Shown in pieces: positions 10,477-20,766 of a stretch of 64,000 nt of DNA. A program made the position numbers and the translations under genes. This DNA is from Syntrophales bacterium (GTDB taxonomy: Bacteria > Desulfobacterota > Syntrophia > Syntrophales > UBA2185). The stretch lies in contig DASRZZ010000077.1 in NCBI GenBank assembly GCA_035685925.1, positions 12,061 through 76,060 on the forward strand, read 5' to 3'. The notes beneath the pieces are model-generated. The model made no database searches and was not told where the DNA came from. It saw nothing but the letters and a program-made list of their open reading frames with translations. Within the stretch, counting starts at the first letter, position 1; each line of letters starts with the position of its first letter.

Positions 10477-11556
10477 TCATCTCAATTTCAAGGTACTGAT
10501 TGCCAAGAGGGCCAGAAGAATGGAAATAATCCAGAAACGGACGATGACTTTCGGTTCAGCCCAGCCTTTGAGCTCGAAGTGATGGTGCAGCGGCGCCATT
10601 TTGAAGATGCGCTTGCCGTTAGAAACCTTGAACCAGCCAACCTGAAAGATAACGGAAAAGGTTTCCAGGACAAATATTCCACCTACGATGGCAAGAAGAA
10701 TTTCCTGTTTTGTAAGTATCGCGAGTGTGCCCAGGGTGCCGCCCAGGGCGAGAGAACCCACGTCTCCCATGAATACCTGGGCGGGATAAGAGTTGTACCA
10801 GAGAAAGCCAAGGCCGGCGCCCACTGTGGCGCCGCATACTATGGCAAGTTCCCCCGTTCCCGCGACGTGGGGGATTTGCAGGTAGCCTGCAATTCTTACG
10901 TTGCCGGCAAAGTAGGCAAACAGAAGATACGTCATGAAACATGTAATTGTAGGACCAATGGCAAGACCGTCAAGGCCGTCCGTCAGGTTCACGGCGTTCG
11001 CGGCGCCCACGATGATGAATGTCGACAGTACAACATACCCCCATCCAAGGTCGGGGAGAGCCGTTTTAAAAAATGGGATCGTCACATTAGAAGTAAATCC
11101 CGGTTTGATATATAGAATAACGCTGACAAACAGCGCTACGGCGATTTCTCCCGCAAGTCTTACCTTTCCTGAGATTCCGCGGCTGTTTTGGTGCGTGAGT
11201 TTTCTATAGTCATCCATGAACCCTATGAGACCATAGCCGACGATGACCATGATAACAAGCCAGACGTAGTCGACCGTCAGGTTGGCCCATAGGAGGGTGG
11301 AAATGACGACAGAGAAAATGATAAGGATGCCTCCCATGGTGGGAGTGCCCTTTTTGGAAAGATGTGTGTCCGGGCCGTCATCCCTTATGGGCTGGCCGAT
11401 TTGGAGGGCATGGAGTTTCCTGATCAGCCAGGGGCCGATGACAAAACAGATCAACAACGCCGTAACGGTAGCATAAATCGTTCTAAACGTGATATACCGA
11501 AAGACATTGAAATAGGAGAATTTATCATGAAGAGGATATAAGAGATGATAGATCAT
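10477..11556 (-). CDS. mraY: Phospho-MurNAc-pentapeptide transferase
   Basis: [29 protein letters not shown]. Start ATG 11556 with GAGGAG RBS. Confidence 0.98.
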   Translation of the reverse strand: MIYHLLYPLHDKFSYFNVFRYITFRTIYATVTALLICFVIGPWLIRKLHALQIGQPIRDDGPDTHLSKKGTPTMGGILIIFSVVISTLLWANLTVDYVWLVIMVIVGYGLIGFMDDYRKLTHQNSRGISGKVRLAGEIAVALFVSVILYIKPGFTSNVTIPFFKTALPDLGWGYVVLSTFIIVGAANAVNLTDGLDGLAIGPTITCFMTYLLFAYFAGNVRIAGYLQIPHVAGTGELAIVCGATVGAGLGFLWYNSYPAQVFMGDVGSLALGGTLGTLAILTKQEILLAIVGGIFVLETFSVIFQVGWFKVSNGKRIFKMAPLHHHFELKGWAEPKVIVRFWIISILLALLAISTLKLR

Positions 11557-11569
11557 TTTGCAGCTCCTC

Positions 11570-13012
11570 TCATTTCTTTCCTCCGCTTTCTTCGATGCCA
11601 AAGGCTTCAATAATCTTCTCTACGGCCTGTTCCATTCTTGTCTGCCTTGATCCTTTAACGAGGATCCAGTCGCCTCTCTTCATATGAGAAGCAAGACGGT
11701 CCATGATTTCATCAGGCGTTTCAAAAAAAATTATCCGGCCCTTAGGCATATTTCTTTTCAATGCCCCTGCTGCCGTCGCCGGGGAGAGCCTTCCTCTGAG
11801 GTAAATCGTGTGCACCCCAGTGTCTGCCATAAGACTCCCGATACCTTCATGCATCACTTCCGCCTGGTCGCCTAGCTCAAGCATGTCACCCATAATTACT
11901 GTGCTCTTGTGATTTCCCTTCAAGTCTTTCAGAGTCTTGAGGGCCTCTCCAAACGATGCAGGGTTGGCATTGTACGTATCATTGATAATGAACGCGCCAT
12001 TTTTCAACCGATGTATCTCCATTCGTCCGGAGATAGGTTGAAATGCCGTTAATCCTTGACAGATCGTATGGAAGTCAATCCCCAGGGCCCAAGAAGATGC
12101 AGCGGCAGCAAGGGCATTATAGACATTGTGGTTTCCTGCAATCGGCAGGGTTATTTCCTGCCTGAAACTATCCATTTTAATGGTAAAAACTACCCCCTCC
12201 ATTCCCTTCATCTCGATGCCTTCTGCCGAAACGTCGGCATTTTTTCTGAAGCCGAATGTTACTCTTTTCCCTCGCCAGTCTTTGTCAGTTACGAGCAGTT
12301 TCTCGTCATCGAGATTTATGATGGCAACCCCGGCATCCGGCATCCTGCGAAAAAGATCCAGTTTTTCTTCACGCACCGTCTCTATTGATTCGAAACCTTC
12401 GAGATGTGCCGGGCCTATATTGGTGATGAGTCCGATGTCAGGTTCCGCGATATCGGTCAACCTGCCGATTTCTCCCCTTATGTTTGCACCCATCTCGAGG
12501 ATGGCCAATTCATGTTGGGCATTGATCTGAAGAACGGTCATGGGAAGGCCGACAAGGTTGTTGTAATTTCCCTGCGCTTTGATAATTTTTTTTTTCAGGC
12601 CGGAAATGCCCGCGAACATTTCCTTTGTTGTTGTTTTCCCGGAACTGCCCGTGATAGCCACAACGGCGACTCTGAATTTCTTTCGCCAGAAGTGGGCTAT
12701 ATCCCCGAGAGCATTCAGAGTATCGTCAACACTAATGGCGGTTGCATCCGCGAATTTCTCTCTTATCTTATTTTCATATCCCTTCTGTATCAGGAAACCC
12801 GAAGCCCCTTCTTTCACTGCAGCAGCGATAAAATCATGGCCATCAAATCTTTCTCCTATGAGGGGGATAAACAAACTTCCCTGAGATATCTGCCTTGAAT
12901 CGGTGGATACTCCCGTAAATAGCGCCTCTGCCGTGCCGCCGGCCAAAATTCCCCCTGTGGCATTTAAGACATCATAGCCGTGCAGTTCGGGAATCGATAG
13001 TTCAGCTTTCAA
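11570..13012 (-). CDS. murF: UDP-MurNAc-tripeptide--D-Ala-D-Ala ligase
   Basis: [33 protein letters not shown]. Confidence 0.97.
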   Translation of the reverse strand: MKAELSIPELHGYDVLNATGGILAGGTAEALFTGVSTDSRQISQGSLFIPLIGERFDGHDFIAAAVKEGASGFLIQKGYENKIREKFADATAISVDDTLNALGDIAHFWRKKFRVAVVAITGSSGKTTTKEMFAGISGLKKKIIKAQGNYNNLVGLPMTVLQINAQHELAILEMGANIRGEIGRLTDIAEPDIGLITNIGPAHLEGFESIETVREEKLDLFRRMPDAGVAIINLDDEKLLVTDKDWRGKRVTFGFRKNADVSAEGIEMKGMEGVVFTIKMDSFRQEITLPIAGNHNVYNALAAAASSWALGIDFHTICQGLTAFQPISGRMEIHRLKNGAFIINDTYNANPASFGEALKTLKDLKGNHKSTVIMGDMLELGDQAEVMHEGIGSLMADTGVHTIYLRGRLSPATAAGALKRNMPKGRIIFFETPDEIMDRLASHMKRGDWILVKGSRQTRMEQAVEKIIEAFGIEESGGKK

Positions 13013-14547
13013 TGTTCTGTCCTGCGCCGTTTATTCAAGGCTTCCCTGGCAACATGCCTGTCGTCAAAGGGGATCCTCTTTTCCCCGATGATCTGATAAT
13101 CCTCATGTCCCTTACCGGCGATCAGGATAATATCTGAACTGTCGGCAAGGGCGATTGCCTTTTTGATCGCCTCCCTGCGATCGGGAATCACTACGTAACC
13201 TTTTTCATTTCCATTTTTTTTCAGCTTTCCGGGAAGAAGTTTCCTGGTCGAGTTTCCGCCCATCCCCTTTTCTATTTGCTCAATAATTGAGAGGGGTTCT
13301 TCCGTTCTTGGATTGTCCGATGTCAATATGGCCAGATCACTCCATGTAACGGCGGCCTTTCCCATGAGTGGCCTTTTCCCACGGTCCCTGTCGCCGCCGC
13401 AGCCGAATACGGTGATGATGCGCCCTTTTTTGAACGGGGCCAGATTCTGCAACACCCGTTTCAGCGCATCTTCAGTGTGCGCATAATCGACAAAGACTTC
13501 GGGTTCGCCGGTAACGCTCACTTTTTCAAGCCGGCCGGGCACGTTTCTTAGATTTTCCAAACCACTGCGGATGAATCTTTCAGGTACGCCAACTAATGAA
13601 GCTGCTGTTACAGAAGCGAGTATATTATACAGATTGAACTTCCCGATGAGAGGGGAAAATATGGCAAAACGGCTGCCGCCTGTATTTATATCAGCTCTCG
13701 TCCCTTCCAGGGAAAATGCATATCTCTCGGCAGTCATATCACATCTCTTTTCAATGCAGAATGTGCGGTAAGGGACTACAGGACCTACCTCATCAGCAAT
13801 TCTCCGCCCCCAAGGGTCGTCACCGTTAAGGATCATCCTGTGTGCATAAGTCTTTTTACCTGCCGGAAGGATCTCCGCAAAGAAGCGTTTCTTCGCCTGG
13901 AAATAACTCTCCAAAGTCTTATGATAATCCAGATGGTCCTGCGAGAGGTTAGTAAAGATGCCCATATCGAAAGAGCATTCATCGACCCTTCTCAAATCAA
14001 CTGCGTGCGAAGAAACCTCCATAACAACATGGGTGACTCCTTGATCGACCATAATTCTCATTATATTTTGCAGTTCATATGACTCTGGTGTCGTATGCGG
14101 GGCAGTCATTTCCCTATTATTAAATCGGTAGTTTACCGTTCCCAATACGCCGACAGAGAAGCCTGCGGCCTTAAGCATGGCTTCCAGTAAGTAGGTCACT
14201 GTTGTTTTTCCATTCGTCCCCGTGACACCTATAAGACAGAGGCGGGAAGATGGGTCGTCATAAAAGTTCTTTCCAAGGACGCCGAGGATTGCGCGGCTAT
14301 TGAGGACCATGATAGAGGTTACTCCGGGTGGCGGGGAATAATTCTTTTCGTGAACCACAAATTTTGCGCCCCGGTCAACTGCTTCCTCTATGTATAAATG
14401 ACCGTCGAGCTTTAGCCCGCTTACAGCTACAAACAGGCTGTCTTTCTCACATTTTCTAGAATCATAGCAAATGGCTGAGACTTCTCCCGAAAGGACTCCA
14501 GATACCTCGATGATATCGATATCCTTTATCACAGCCTGTATTTGCAC
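13009..14547 (-). CDS. murE: UDP-MurNAc-dipeptide--meso-DAP ligase
   Basis: GVTGTNGKTT, VDYAHT, FGCGGDRD, DNPR (meso-DAP specificity motif), AGKGHE. Confidence 0.98.
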   Translation of the reverse strand: MQIQAVIKDIDIIEVSGVLSGEVSAICYDSRKCEKDSLFVAVSGLKLDGHLYIEEAVDRGAKFVVHEKNYSPPPGVTSIMVLNSRAILGVLGKNFYDDPSSRLCLIGVTGTNGKTTVTYLLEAMLKAAGFSVGVLGTVNYRFNNREMTAPHTTPESYELQNIMRIMVDQGVTHVVMEVSSHAVDLRRVDECSFDMGIFTNLSQDHLDYHKTLESYFQAKKRFFAEILPAGKKTYAHRMILNGDDPWGRRIADEVGPVVPYRTFCIEKRCDMTAERYAFSLEGTRADINTGGSRFAIFSPLIGKFNLYNILASVTAASLVGVPERFIRSGLENLRNVPGRLEKVSVTGEPEVFVDYAHTEDALKRVLQNLAPFKKGRIITVFGCGGDRDRGKRPLMGKAAVTWSDLAILTSDNPRTEEPLSIIEQIEKGMGGNSTRKLLPGKLKKNGNEKGYVVIPDRREAIKKAIALADSSDIILIAGKGHEDYQIIGEKRIPFDDRHVAREALNKRRRTEH

Positions 14548-14556
14548 ATTGGTTCC

Positions 14557-16551
14557 TCAATAGCCCGTGCTAAAAGAAACAGCGCAGGATTGATTATTAC
14601 GTATGGGCATGCCGGGCATAGGATTCTGACTCACTGCCCAGCCCGTTCCTGCCACTTTTATTTCGAGGCCTTTTTCCCTTGCCTTCTTCAGTACATCTCT
14701 CATGGTCATGCCGGTGAAGTCCGGCATGAACGGTTCATCCATGTCACTTTCCCTATCATCTTGCCGATTTATTATTTGAGGTGCGGATACGAGCTTTAAT
14801 TTAACATCGTTCGTTTTCTCCTCCTCAAGAACAGGGAAAGGGATTTCTTTAATATCTGTTTTGAAACATGTCAAGATCTGTTCGCCAATATTCTTGAAAA
14901 CGGGAGCTGCAGCCACGCCGCCCCACTTATCCTTCTGCGGCTCGTCGAGTGTCACCAGAATGGCGACCTGCGGATCTTCAGCGGGGAAGAATCCCATAAA
15001 CGAGGTGCGGACCCTTTCAGAAGAATACACGTGCCGAGAAAAATCGAACTTTTGGGAAGTTCCTGTCTTACCTGCCACGGAGACGTTTGGAATCTGAGCT
15101 TTCCTGCCGGTTCCGTCGTCAGCCCCCACCACATCCTTCAGAATGGCCGTGAGTCTTTTTGCCGTTTTTGATGATATGACCTGCCTCACAGGTGTGGGCG
15201 ATACTTTCTTGATAATTTGTCCCTGCTTGTCGACAACCGCACGCACTATATGAGGTTGCATCAGCATGCCGTCATTTGCTATGGCGGAAAGGGCAGTTAT
15301 AAGCTGAATGGCTGTGACGGAGACGCCCTGGCCGAAGGCAATGGTTGATGTATCGACCCTTGTCCAGTTTTGGTGGGGCCTCAGGAGTCCGCTGACCTCG
15401 CCGGGAAGATCGATCCCCGTCCTTGAGCCGAAGCCAAATTGTTTAATATAGTGGTAGAATTTTTCTTTTGTCAGCTTTTCAGATATTTTCACGCAACCGA
15501 TATTGCTCGAATATTTCAGCACATCGTGAAATGTGAGAATCCCGTACCTTTTCTTCTTTGCCTCATGGATTTTTCTGTCTGATACAACATATGTTCCATT
15601 TTCACAGTTAAATTTGTCCGATTCCTTGACTATGCCTTCCTCGAGGGCACCCGCTGCGAGAAACGGCTTGAAGGTTGAGCCTGGATCGAAGCAGTCGGTA
15701 ATAACCTTGTTTTTTCCTTTGCCGAGATTGTAGCTGGAAAATTTGTTCGGATCGAAGCCCGGTTGATCGGCAAGAGCTAGTATTTCGCCGGTCCTGGGGT
15801 CCATGACGACAACGAAGCCCCCTTTTGCGCCTTTCGCTGCAATCGCTTCCTGCAGATTCGATTCGACGATATGCTGGATGCGGCTGTCAATCGTCAAAAT
15901 GAGATTATATCCTTCTTCCTGTTGCACGACGGGTTTTTCAATCCGAGGATACAGTCGGTTTCCCCTTGCATCCCGCGCCCAGATTAGTTTTTCCGGCGTT
16001 GCCTTCAGGTAGCTATCATATTTGAGTTCTAGTCCCTCGAGGCCTGTATAGTCTAAACCTACGAAGCCGATAAGGCGGCCGGCCAATTCCCCGTTTGGGT
16101 AGAAACGTTTCGGTTCCTTGATCAAAAAGACATTTTCGATGTTCAAGGCTTCTACCCTGCGCGTCTGGTCAGGAGGGATTTTTCTCGCTAGCCAGCAGAA
16201 ATTTTTTGAGCCGGACAGTTTTTTTGTAATAGTTTCCCTATCTATATTGAGAATAGGGGCCAGCAATTCTGCGACTTCAGAAGAATTGCTTATCTTTGCC
16301 GGATCAGCAAACACGGAGCTCACCATAGTGCTTGCGGCGAGTTTCTCGCCGTTGCGATCAAATATAATGCCCCTCTCCGGCTCAATCTGCAGCGTCTTAA
16401 TGTGTTGTCTTTCTGCAAGGTTTTTCAATAGTTGTCCGGAAAGCACCTGAATCTGGAACGCCCTCGAAATGAGAGCAATAAAAAGTACCAAGAAAAAAAA
16501 CAGTACCGTAACAATCCTGAATCTCAGCCATTTTTTTGATTCACATGTCAT
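14557..16551 (-). CDS. ftsI: Divisome transpeptidase FtsI (PBP3) with C-terminal PASTA domain
   Basis: STFK (SxxK), SSN (SxN) and KTGT motifs; PASTA-like tail MPDFTGMTMRD. Confidence 0.96.
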   Translation of the reverse strand: MTCESKKWLRFRIVTVLFFFLVLFIALISRAFQIQVLSGQLLKNLAERQHIKTLQIEPERGIIFDRNGEKLAASTMVSSVFADPAKISNSSEVAELLAPILNIDRETITKKLSGSKNFCWLARKIPPDQTRRVEALNIENVFLIKEPKRFYPNGELAGRLIGFVGLDYTGLEGLELKYDSYLKATPEKLIWARDARGNRLYPRIEKPVVQQEEGYNLILTIDSRIQHIVESNLQEAIAAKGAKGGFVVVMDPRTGEILALADQPGFDPNKFSSYNLGKGKNKVITDCFDPGSTFKPFLAAGALEEGIVKESDKFNCENGTYVVSDRKIHEAKKKRYGILTFHDVLKYSSNIGCVKISEKLTKEKFYHYIKQFGFGSRTGIDLPGEVSGLLRPHQNWTRVDTSTIAFGQGVSVTAIQLITALSAIANDGMLMQPHIVRAVVDKQGQIIKKVSPTPVRQVISSKTAKRLTAILKDVVGADDGTGRKAQIPNVSVAGKTGTSQKFDFSRHVYSSERVRTSFMGFFPAEDPQVAILVTLDEPQKDKWGGVAAAPVFKNIGEQILTCFKTDIKEIPFPVLEEEKTNDVKLKLVSAPQIINRQDDRESDMDEPFMPDFTGMTMRDVLKKAREKGLEIKVAGTGWAVSQNPMPGMPIRNNQSCAVSFSTGY

Positions 16552-16928
16552 TGCTGCACTTCCCGATTATCAGGCGCTGTTTTATTCGCGCTTGCCGTAT
16601 TGTCATCGTTATTGAGGATGATGACCTGATCTCTTGTAGGATACGTCATCTGCAATTGTTCTTTCGCTATTGTCTCAAGTCTCTGCGGTGATTTCAGGGT
16701 TGCGATCTCAACCTTCAACTTCGTTTGTTCCTCGACAAGTTTTTCCTTTATACTCATTTCTGCTGCAACCATATACTCTAGCTCTGTCATATGGATATGT
16801 GACCATACGTAGATAAGGGCGACTGCCATGAGCACTAAAGTGACAACGATGAAGTTCGAATATTTTATTCGAGTGGAAACCTTCTCTACATCAGGGATAG
16901 TTCCATGGATGACTTGTTCCGACTGCAT
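16548..16928 (-). CDS. ftsL: Cell division protein FtsL
   Basis: TM plus coiled coil, LKSPQRLETIA, located between rsmH and ftsI. Confidence 0.9.
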   Translation of the reverse strand: MQSEQVIHGTIPDVEKVSTRIKYSNFIVVTLVLMAVALIYVWSHIHMTELEYMVAAEMSIKEKLVEEQTKLKVEIATLKSPQRLETIAKEQLQMTYPTRDQVIILNNDDNTASANKTAPDNREVQQ

Positions 16929-16931
16929 TTT

Positions 16932-17867
16932 CTAAATCCTCTCGGCCGTTCTTAGCTTGGCACTTCTTGCCTGCGGATTGGATTCGATTTCAGAAGCCGC
17001 TGGTTTTACCGGTTTTCTGGTCACCACTTTCAACTTTGCCTTTGTATGACAGGCGCATACGGGCAAGGATGGCGGGCAGATACATTCCCTCTCCCATGAG
17101 CGAAAGCCGTCTTTCACGATCCTGTCTTCCAGGGAGTGAAACGATATGATAGAAAAGCGTCCTGACTTCCTGATTACGTCCACTCCGCGATTTATCGCAT
17201 TATGAAGATTTAGAAGTTCGTTATTGACGTATATCCTGATTGCCTGGAAAGTTCGTGTGGCGGGATGAATTTTTCCTGTCTTGAATGGGGAGGGTAATGC
17301 CCTCAGGATTACATCGGCAAGCTCTGCCGTTGTCTTAATAGGAGATGACTTTCTTCGCATGGAGATCATCTTTGCAATCCTTTCCGCCATTATCTCCTCG
17401 CCAAAATCCTTAATGATCCTCTCCAATTCTCTTGCAGAAAATGTGTTTATAACATCGTAAGCAGAGGGACCCCTGCTTTGATCCATGCGCATGTCGAGAG
17501 CGGCATTTAAAGAAAAGCTAAAGCCCCTGCGGGCTGTTTTCAGTTGATGGGCGGATACCCCCAAGTCGAGCAGGATGCCATCAACTTGTCCGATATTCAA
17601 AGATCCTAAAATTGCGTCTATATCTGCGAAGTTGCCCTTTACGAGGATTTTTCTAGGGCCAAAGGTACTTAATCGCTCCTCCGACTCCCGAAGAGCGTCA
17701 TCATCGACATCTATGCCTATCAACAAGCCGTCCGGTGCGGTGTGTCGGAGAATCTCGCCGGCATGTCCTCCTCCTCCCACGGTTCCATCAACATAGATGC
17801 CTCCCGGATGGCACCCGAGGGACTCAACAACTTCTCTCTGCATGACGGGTATATGAAAGGAGCACAT
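16932..17867 (-). CDS. rsmH: 16S rRNA m4C1402 methyltransferase
   Basis: VDGTVGGGGHA, LDLGVS, HPATRTFQAIRI, SFHSLEDR. Confidence 0.98.
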   Translation of the reverse strand: MCSFHIPVMQREVVESLGCHPGGIYVDGTVGGGGHAGEILRHTAPDGLLIGIDVDDDALRESEERLSTFGPRKILVKGNFADIDAILGSLNIGQVDGILLDLGVSAHQLKTARRGFSFSLNAALDMRMDQSRGPSAYDVINTFSARELERIIKDFGEEIMAERIAKMISMRRKSSPIKTTAELADVILRALPSPFKTGKIHPATRTFQAIRIYVNNELLNLHNAINRGVDVIRKSGRFSIISFHSLEDRIVKDGFRSWERECICPPSLPVCACHTKAKLKVVTRKPVKPAASEIESNPQARSAKLRTAERI

Positions 17868-17882
17868 TCCATGGACCTTTCT

Positions 17883-18329
17883 CTATATTCCCAGGTCCGC
17901 CATATATTTGCTGAAACTGTCGATATCGATGGCGCTTTTCTTCACCTCATCGTCGAAACGTTCTTTGCTCCAGATCTCTATGACCTTAATCATTCCTGCA
18001 AGGACTATATCTTTCTCAAGACCCGCATATTCTCTGAGGTTGGGAGGAATGAGAACCCTGCCCTGACTGTCGAAGTAGCAATCAACGGCGCCGGACATGA
18101 AGAAGCGCTGAAAGGCCCTGACTTCTTTTCTGAATAGAGATTGATGGCTGACCTTTTCCTCGAGAATCCGCCATTCATCATAGGGAAAGACCATTAGGTA
18201 GGTGTCCCAGTTTGTAACAACCAGCCTGTTGTCATATTTTTCGGCGAAGACTTCCCGCAGTTTTGCGGGGAAAATGATCCGGCCTTTGGCATCTATGGAA
18301 TGATGATACTGACCCCTGAAGACGGACAC
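17883..18329 (-). CDS. mraZ: Transcriptional repressor MraZ
   Basis: Two DxxGR motifs (DAKGR, DSQGR). GTG start 18329 with GGAGG RBS. Confidence 0.96.
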   Translation of the reverse strand: MSVFRGQYHHSIDAKGRIIFPAKLREVFAEKYDNRLVVTNWDTYLMVFPYDEWRILEEKVSHQSLFRKEVRAFQRFFMSGAVDCYFDSQGRVLIPPNLREYAGLEKDIVLAGMIKVIEIWSKERFDDEVKKSAIDIDSFSKYMADLGI

Positions 18330-18341
18330 GGTAGGTTCCCT

Positions 18342-18365
18342 CCACAATAAGCCACTTTACTCCAC
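18342..18365 (-). promoter_or_regulatory. MraZ operator: three GTGG repeats at 10-bp spacing
   Basis: Minus strand reads gtggagtaaa-gtggcttatt-gtgg between the promoter and mraZ, matching known MraZ-binding repeats. Confidence 0.8.
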
Positions 18366-18373
18366 TTGGCTTG

Positions 18374-18402
18374 ACTATAGGGAAGGAAAATTTGTTTGTC
18401 AA
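18374..18402 (-). promoter_or_regulatory. Sigma70 promoter of the dcw cluster
   Basis: TTGACA-17 bp-TATAGT immediately upstream of the MraZ repeats. Confidence 0.8.
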
Positions 18403-18410
18403 GAAAAAAA

Positions 18411-19457
18411 TCAATCTTTTTTTCTGTTTATTTGTAATTTTGTGACTGCTCTATTGTGAGCGGATAGGCTGGGTGAGAAGTTGTGGGTGCCGTCATTATT
18501 GGAAACAAAGTACAGGTAATTTACAGAGGCAGGATAGAGGGCTGCCTGCAATGAATCAATGGCCGGATTTGCGATCGGGCCGGGAGGCAATCCGTCGATT
18601 ATATACGTATTATACGGCGTTCTTCTGATAAGGTCCCTTTTCTTTATAACTTTTGTAATGGACTTCAGATCATAAACAGCGGTAGGATCGCTTTGCAGTC
18701 TCATCCCTTTTTTGAGTCTATTGTGAAAAACAGCTGATATTAAGGGTTTTTCATCTTTAAACCCCGATTCTTTGCCGACCATGGAGGCAAGCGTTACAAC
18801 CTGGGGTATCGTCATACCAAGTTCTTCTGCCCTTTCTTGCATCGCATGGGTGAATATTTTCCAGAATTGATTAACCATGGCCCTGATTATGTCTTTCGCC
18901 CCCATGGATTTGTCAAAGATGTATGTATCGGGATACAGATAGCCTTCGGCGCTTGTCCCCTCTATGCCTAAAGAGGATATGAACTTTTGATCTTCGGAGA
19001 GGGACAGGAATGCTTTTTCGTCGACCAATTTGTAAGAGGCCAGACGGGCCGCAATCTCCAGGGCTGTGAAGTCTTCGGGGATGGTAACCCTATATGAAAT
19101 AATATCGCCTTTGACCAGCTTACTGATGATATCCAGCGGTGACATAGATGTTGACAGCTCATATTCGCCTGCCCTGATGTTGCCCTGTGCGTTTCGTGCT
19201 ACCACTAACGCATAAAACAGATATTTGTTCTTTATAAGCCCCGCGTCTTCAAGCAGGTCAACCGATCGGAGGAAGCTCGTGCCTCTCGGAATATCAACTA
19301 CGATGATCCTATTGCTGGCATCTATGGGATACAAGGCATAGTAAAGACCCGCCAACAGAACAAAGGAGATTATAACAATGAAGAAGATGGCGGGGATTTT
19401 TATGCGTTTATGCATTGTAGTTCTGATTCTCATACAATTGGCCCGCCTGATACTCAC
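18411..19457 (-). CDS. mltG: Endolytic transglycosylase MltG
   Basis: EGYLYPDTY, LASMVGKES, LQSDPT, GLPPGPIANP. Start could be 19433 or 19415 instead. Confidence 0.95.
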   Translation of the reverse strand: MSIRRANCMRIRTTMHKRIKIPAIFFIVIISFVLLAGLYYALYPIDASNRIIVVDIPRGTSFLRSVDLLEDAGLIKNKYLFYALVVARNAQGNIRAGEYELSTSMSPLDIISKLVKGDIISYRVTIPEDFTALEIAARLASYKLVDEKAFLSLSEDQKFISSLGIEGTSAEGYLYPDTYIFDKSMGAKDIIRAMVNQFWKIFTHAMQERAEELGMTIPQVVTLASMVGKESGFKDEKPLISAVFHNRLKKGMRLQSDPTAVYDLKSITKVIKKRDLIRRTPYNTYIIDGLPPGPIANPAIDSLQAALYPASVNYLYFVSNNDGTHNFSPSLSAHNRAVTKLQINRKKD

Positions 19458-19882
19458 TAAGATCTGTTGCGGTTTCGCTGGGCATCCAGATATCCCTGGA
19501 GAATGAAACTGGCAGCTAACTTATCTACTATATTTTTTCTCTTCTTTCTAGCTATGTTAGCCAGAACAAGCACTTCTTCTGCCGCCTTTGTTGAAAGCGT
19601 TTCATCCCACTTGATGACAGGCAGAGAAAACGTGGATTCCAAGATAGAAGCGAATTTGCTGACTTTTTCGCACTGTATGCCTTCAGTGCCATCAAGTCTT
19701 ATGGGATAGCCGATCACGATCCTCTCCACATGATAGGTCCTGACGAATCTGTCAATCTCTTCTAGATCGCTTCTTCGATTTTTTCGCGCAATGGTGGCGA
19801 GTCCTTGAGCCGTCATGCCGAGTTCATCACAAACGGCGACGCCTATTCTTTTACTGCCGTAATCGAGACCAAGTATCCTCAT
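19457..19882 (-). CDS. ruvX: Pre-16S rRNA nuclease YqgF/RuvX
   Basis: LGLDYGSKRIGVA, WDETLST, VDKLAASFILQ. Confidence 0.95.
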   Translation of the reverse strand: MRILGLDYGSKRIGVAVCDELGMTAQGLATIARKNRRSDLEEIDRFVRTYHVERIVIGYPIRLDGTEGIQCEKVSKFASILESTFSLPVIKWDETLSTKAAEEVLVLANIARKKRKNIVDKLAASFILQGYLDAQRNRNRS

Positions 19883-20302
19883 AATAGAATCCGGGAGACC
19901 TCTTATGAAAAAATGAATGCTAACAAATCTAATCTGATCATTTCAAGTAGAGAATTATCGCCTCACGTTTCAGTGGTAGGGTCGGACTTTGAAACCTGAA
20001 GGATGAATGATTATGGGGAAAGCATGCTTTCTCCGTAGATGTGATTGAAAAGTCGACAAGGTAACTGTACCGGTATGGCGACGCAGATAGTAAAGCTGTT
20101 TTCCTCGTGACACATGGTGTCGCATTGTTTGTTGTTGTCAAATGTTCGGCGATTTGTTACTCAATACTTAATAGTATCTCATCATAGGGCTTGCGAGACA
20201 AGTCAGTATGGTAATTTGAAGCGGTCTTCGTCTTTTCTGCGAGCTCATGGAAAGAGGTCTTATTGCATTCCTACGAAAGCAGGAATTGCAAAAGGGCAAG
20301 TT

Positions 20303-20584
20303 ATGGAAAGATATTGGCAAAAAAGGGCACTTGGACTTACAGGGGCCTTTATCATGCTCTGGTGTGGAGTATCCGCCTGTTCGCCGGACAAGCTCTACTA
20401 CGCGGACAACTTGGACCCGGTCAAGGCTGTAACGGACACCTTCGGCTTTCCCCAATGGGTTGAAGTGCAGCCGGATGGCGCGGAAAAGCTTGTCTACCGC
20501 GTCCGCGACCCCATGGGTGGGAACGATTACCACCGTTACTTCATCGTCAAGAACGGAAAGGTGATGGGCGGCGGTATAGAGTGA
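20303..20584 (+). CDS. Small putative lipoprotein
   Basis: ATG 20303, signal peptide with lipobox VSA-C, 93 aa, followed by a GC hairpin and T run. Confidence 0.6.
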   Translation: MERYWQKRALGLTGAFIMLWCGVSACSPDKLYYADNLDPVKAVTDTFGFPQWVEVQPDGAEKLVYRVRDPMGGNDYHRYFIVKNGKVMGGGIE

Positions 20585-20766
20585 CATATAAACCTCTCTC
20601 GCATTTCACGATGCGCGCTGCCTGGGCAGGCGCCTTTTCCACTTAAACGGTTCCACAATAAAAGTCCTAGCTGGGCATTCTGGTTCGCCTTGTTTGTGCT
20701 TTTCCAGCCAAACGAAGGGGATTATTTGATATTGTTAATCCCCACGTAGTCTGTTATTTAAGTGTC

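Noticed and set aside
10039-11115. 358-aa + strand ORF, and many other antisense ORFs over dcw and catabolic genes
   Set aside because: Lies fully antisense to murD/mraY and has no motifs; a codon-bias shadow ORF.
19965-20030. tRNA-like fragment (ggtagggtcggactttgaaacc) near selB, considered as selC
   Set aside because: No TCA anticodon, T-loop or acceptor stem.
20582-20750. Possible Sec read-through of the lipoprotein TGA just upstream of selB
   Set aside because: No redox motif around the TGA, and the downstream hairpin plus T run looks like a terminator. No convincing in-frame UGA selenoprotein was found in the window.
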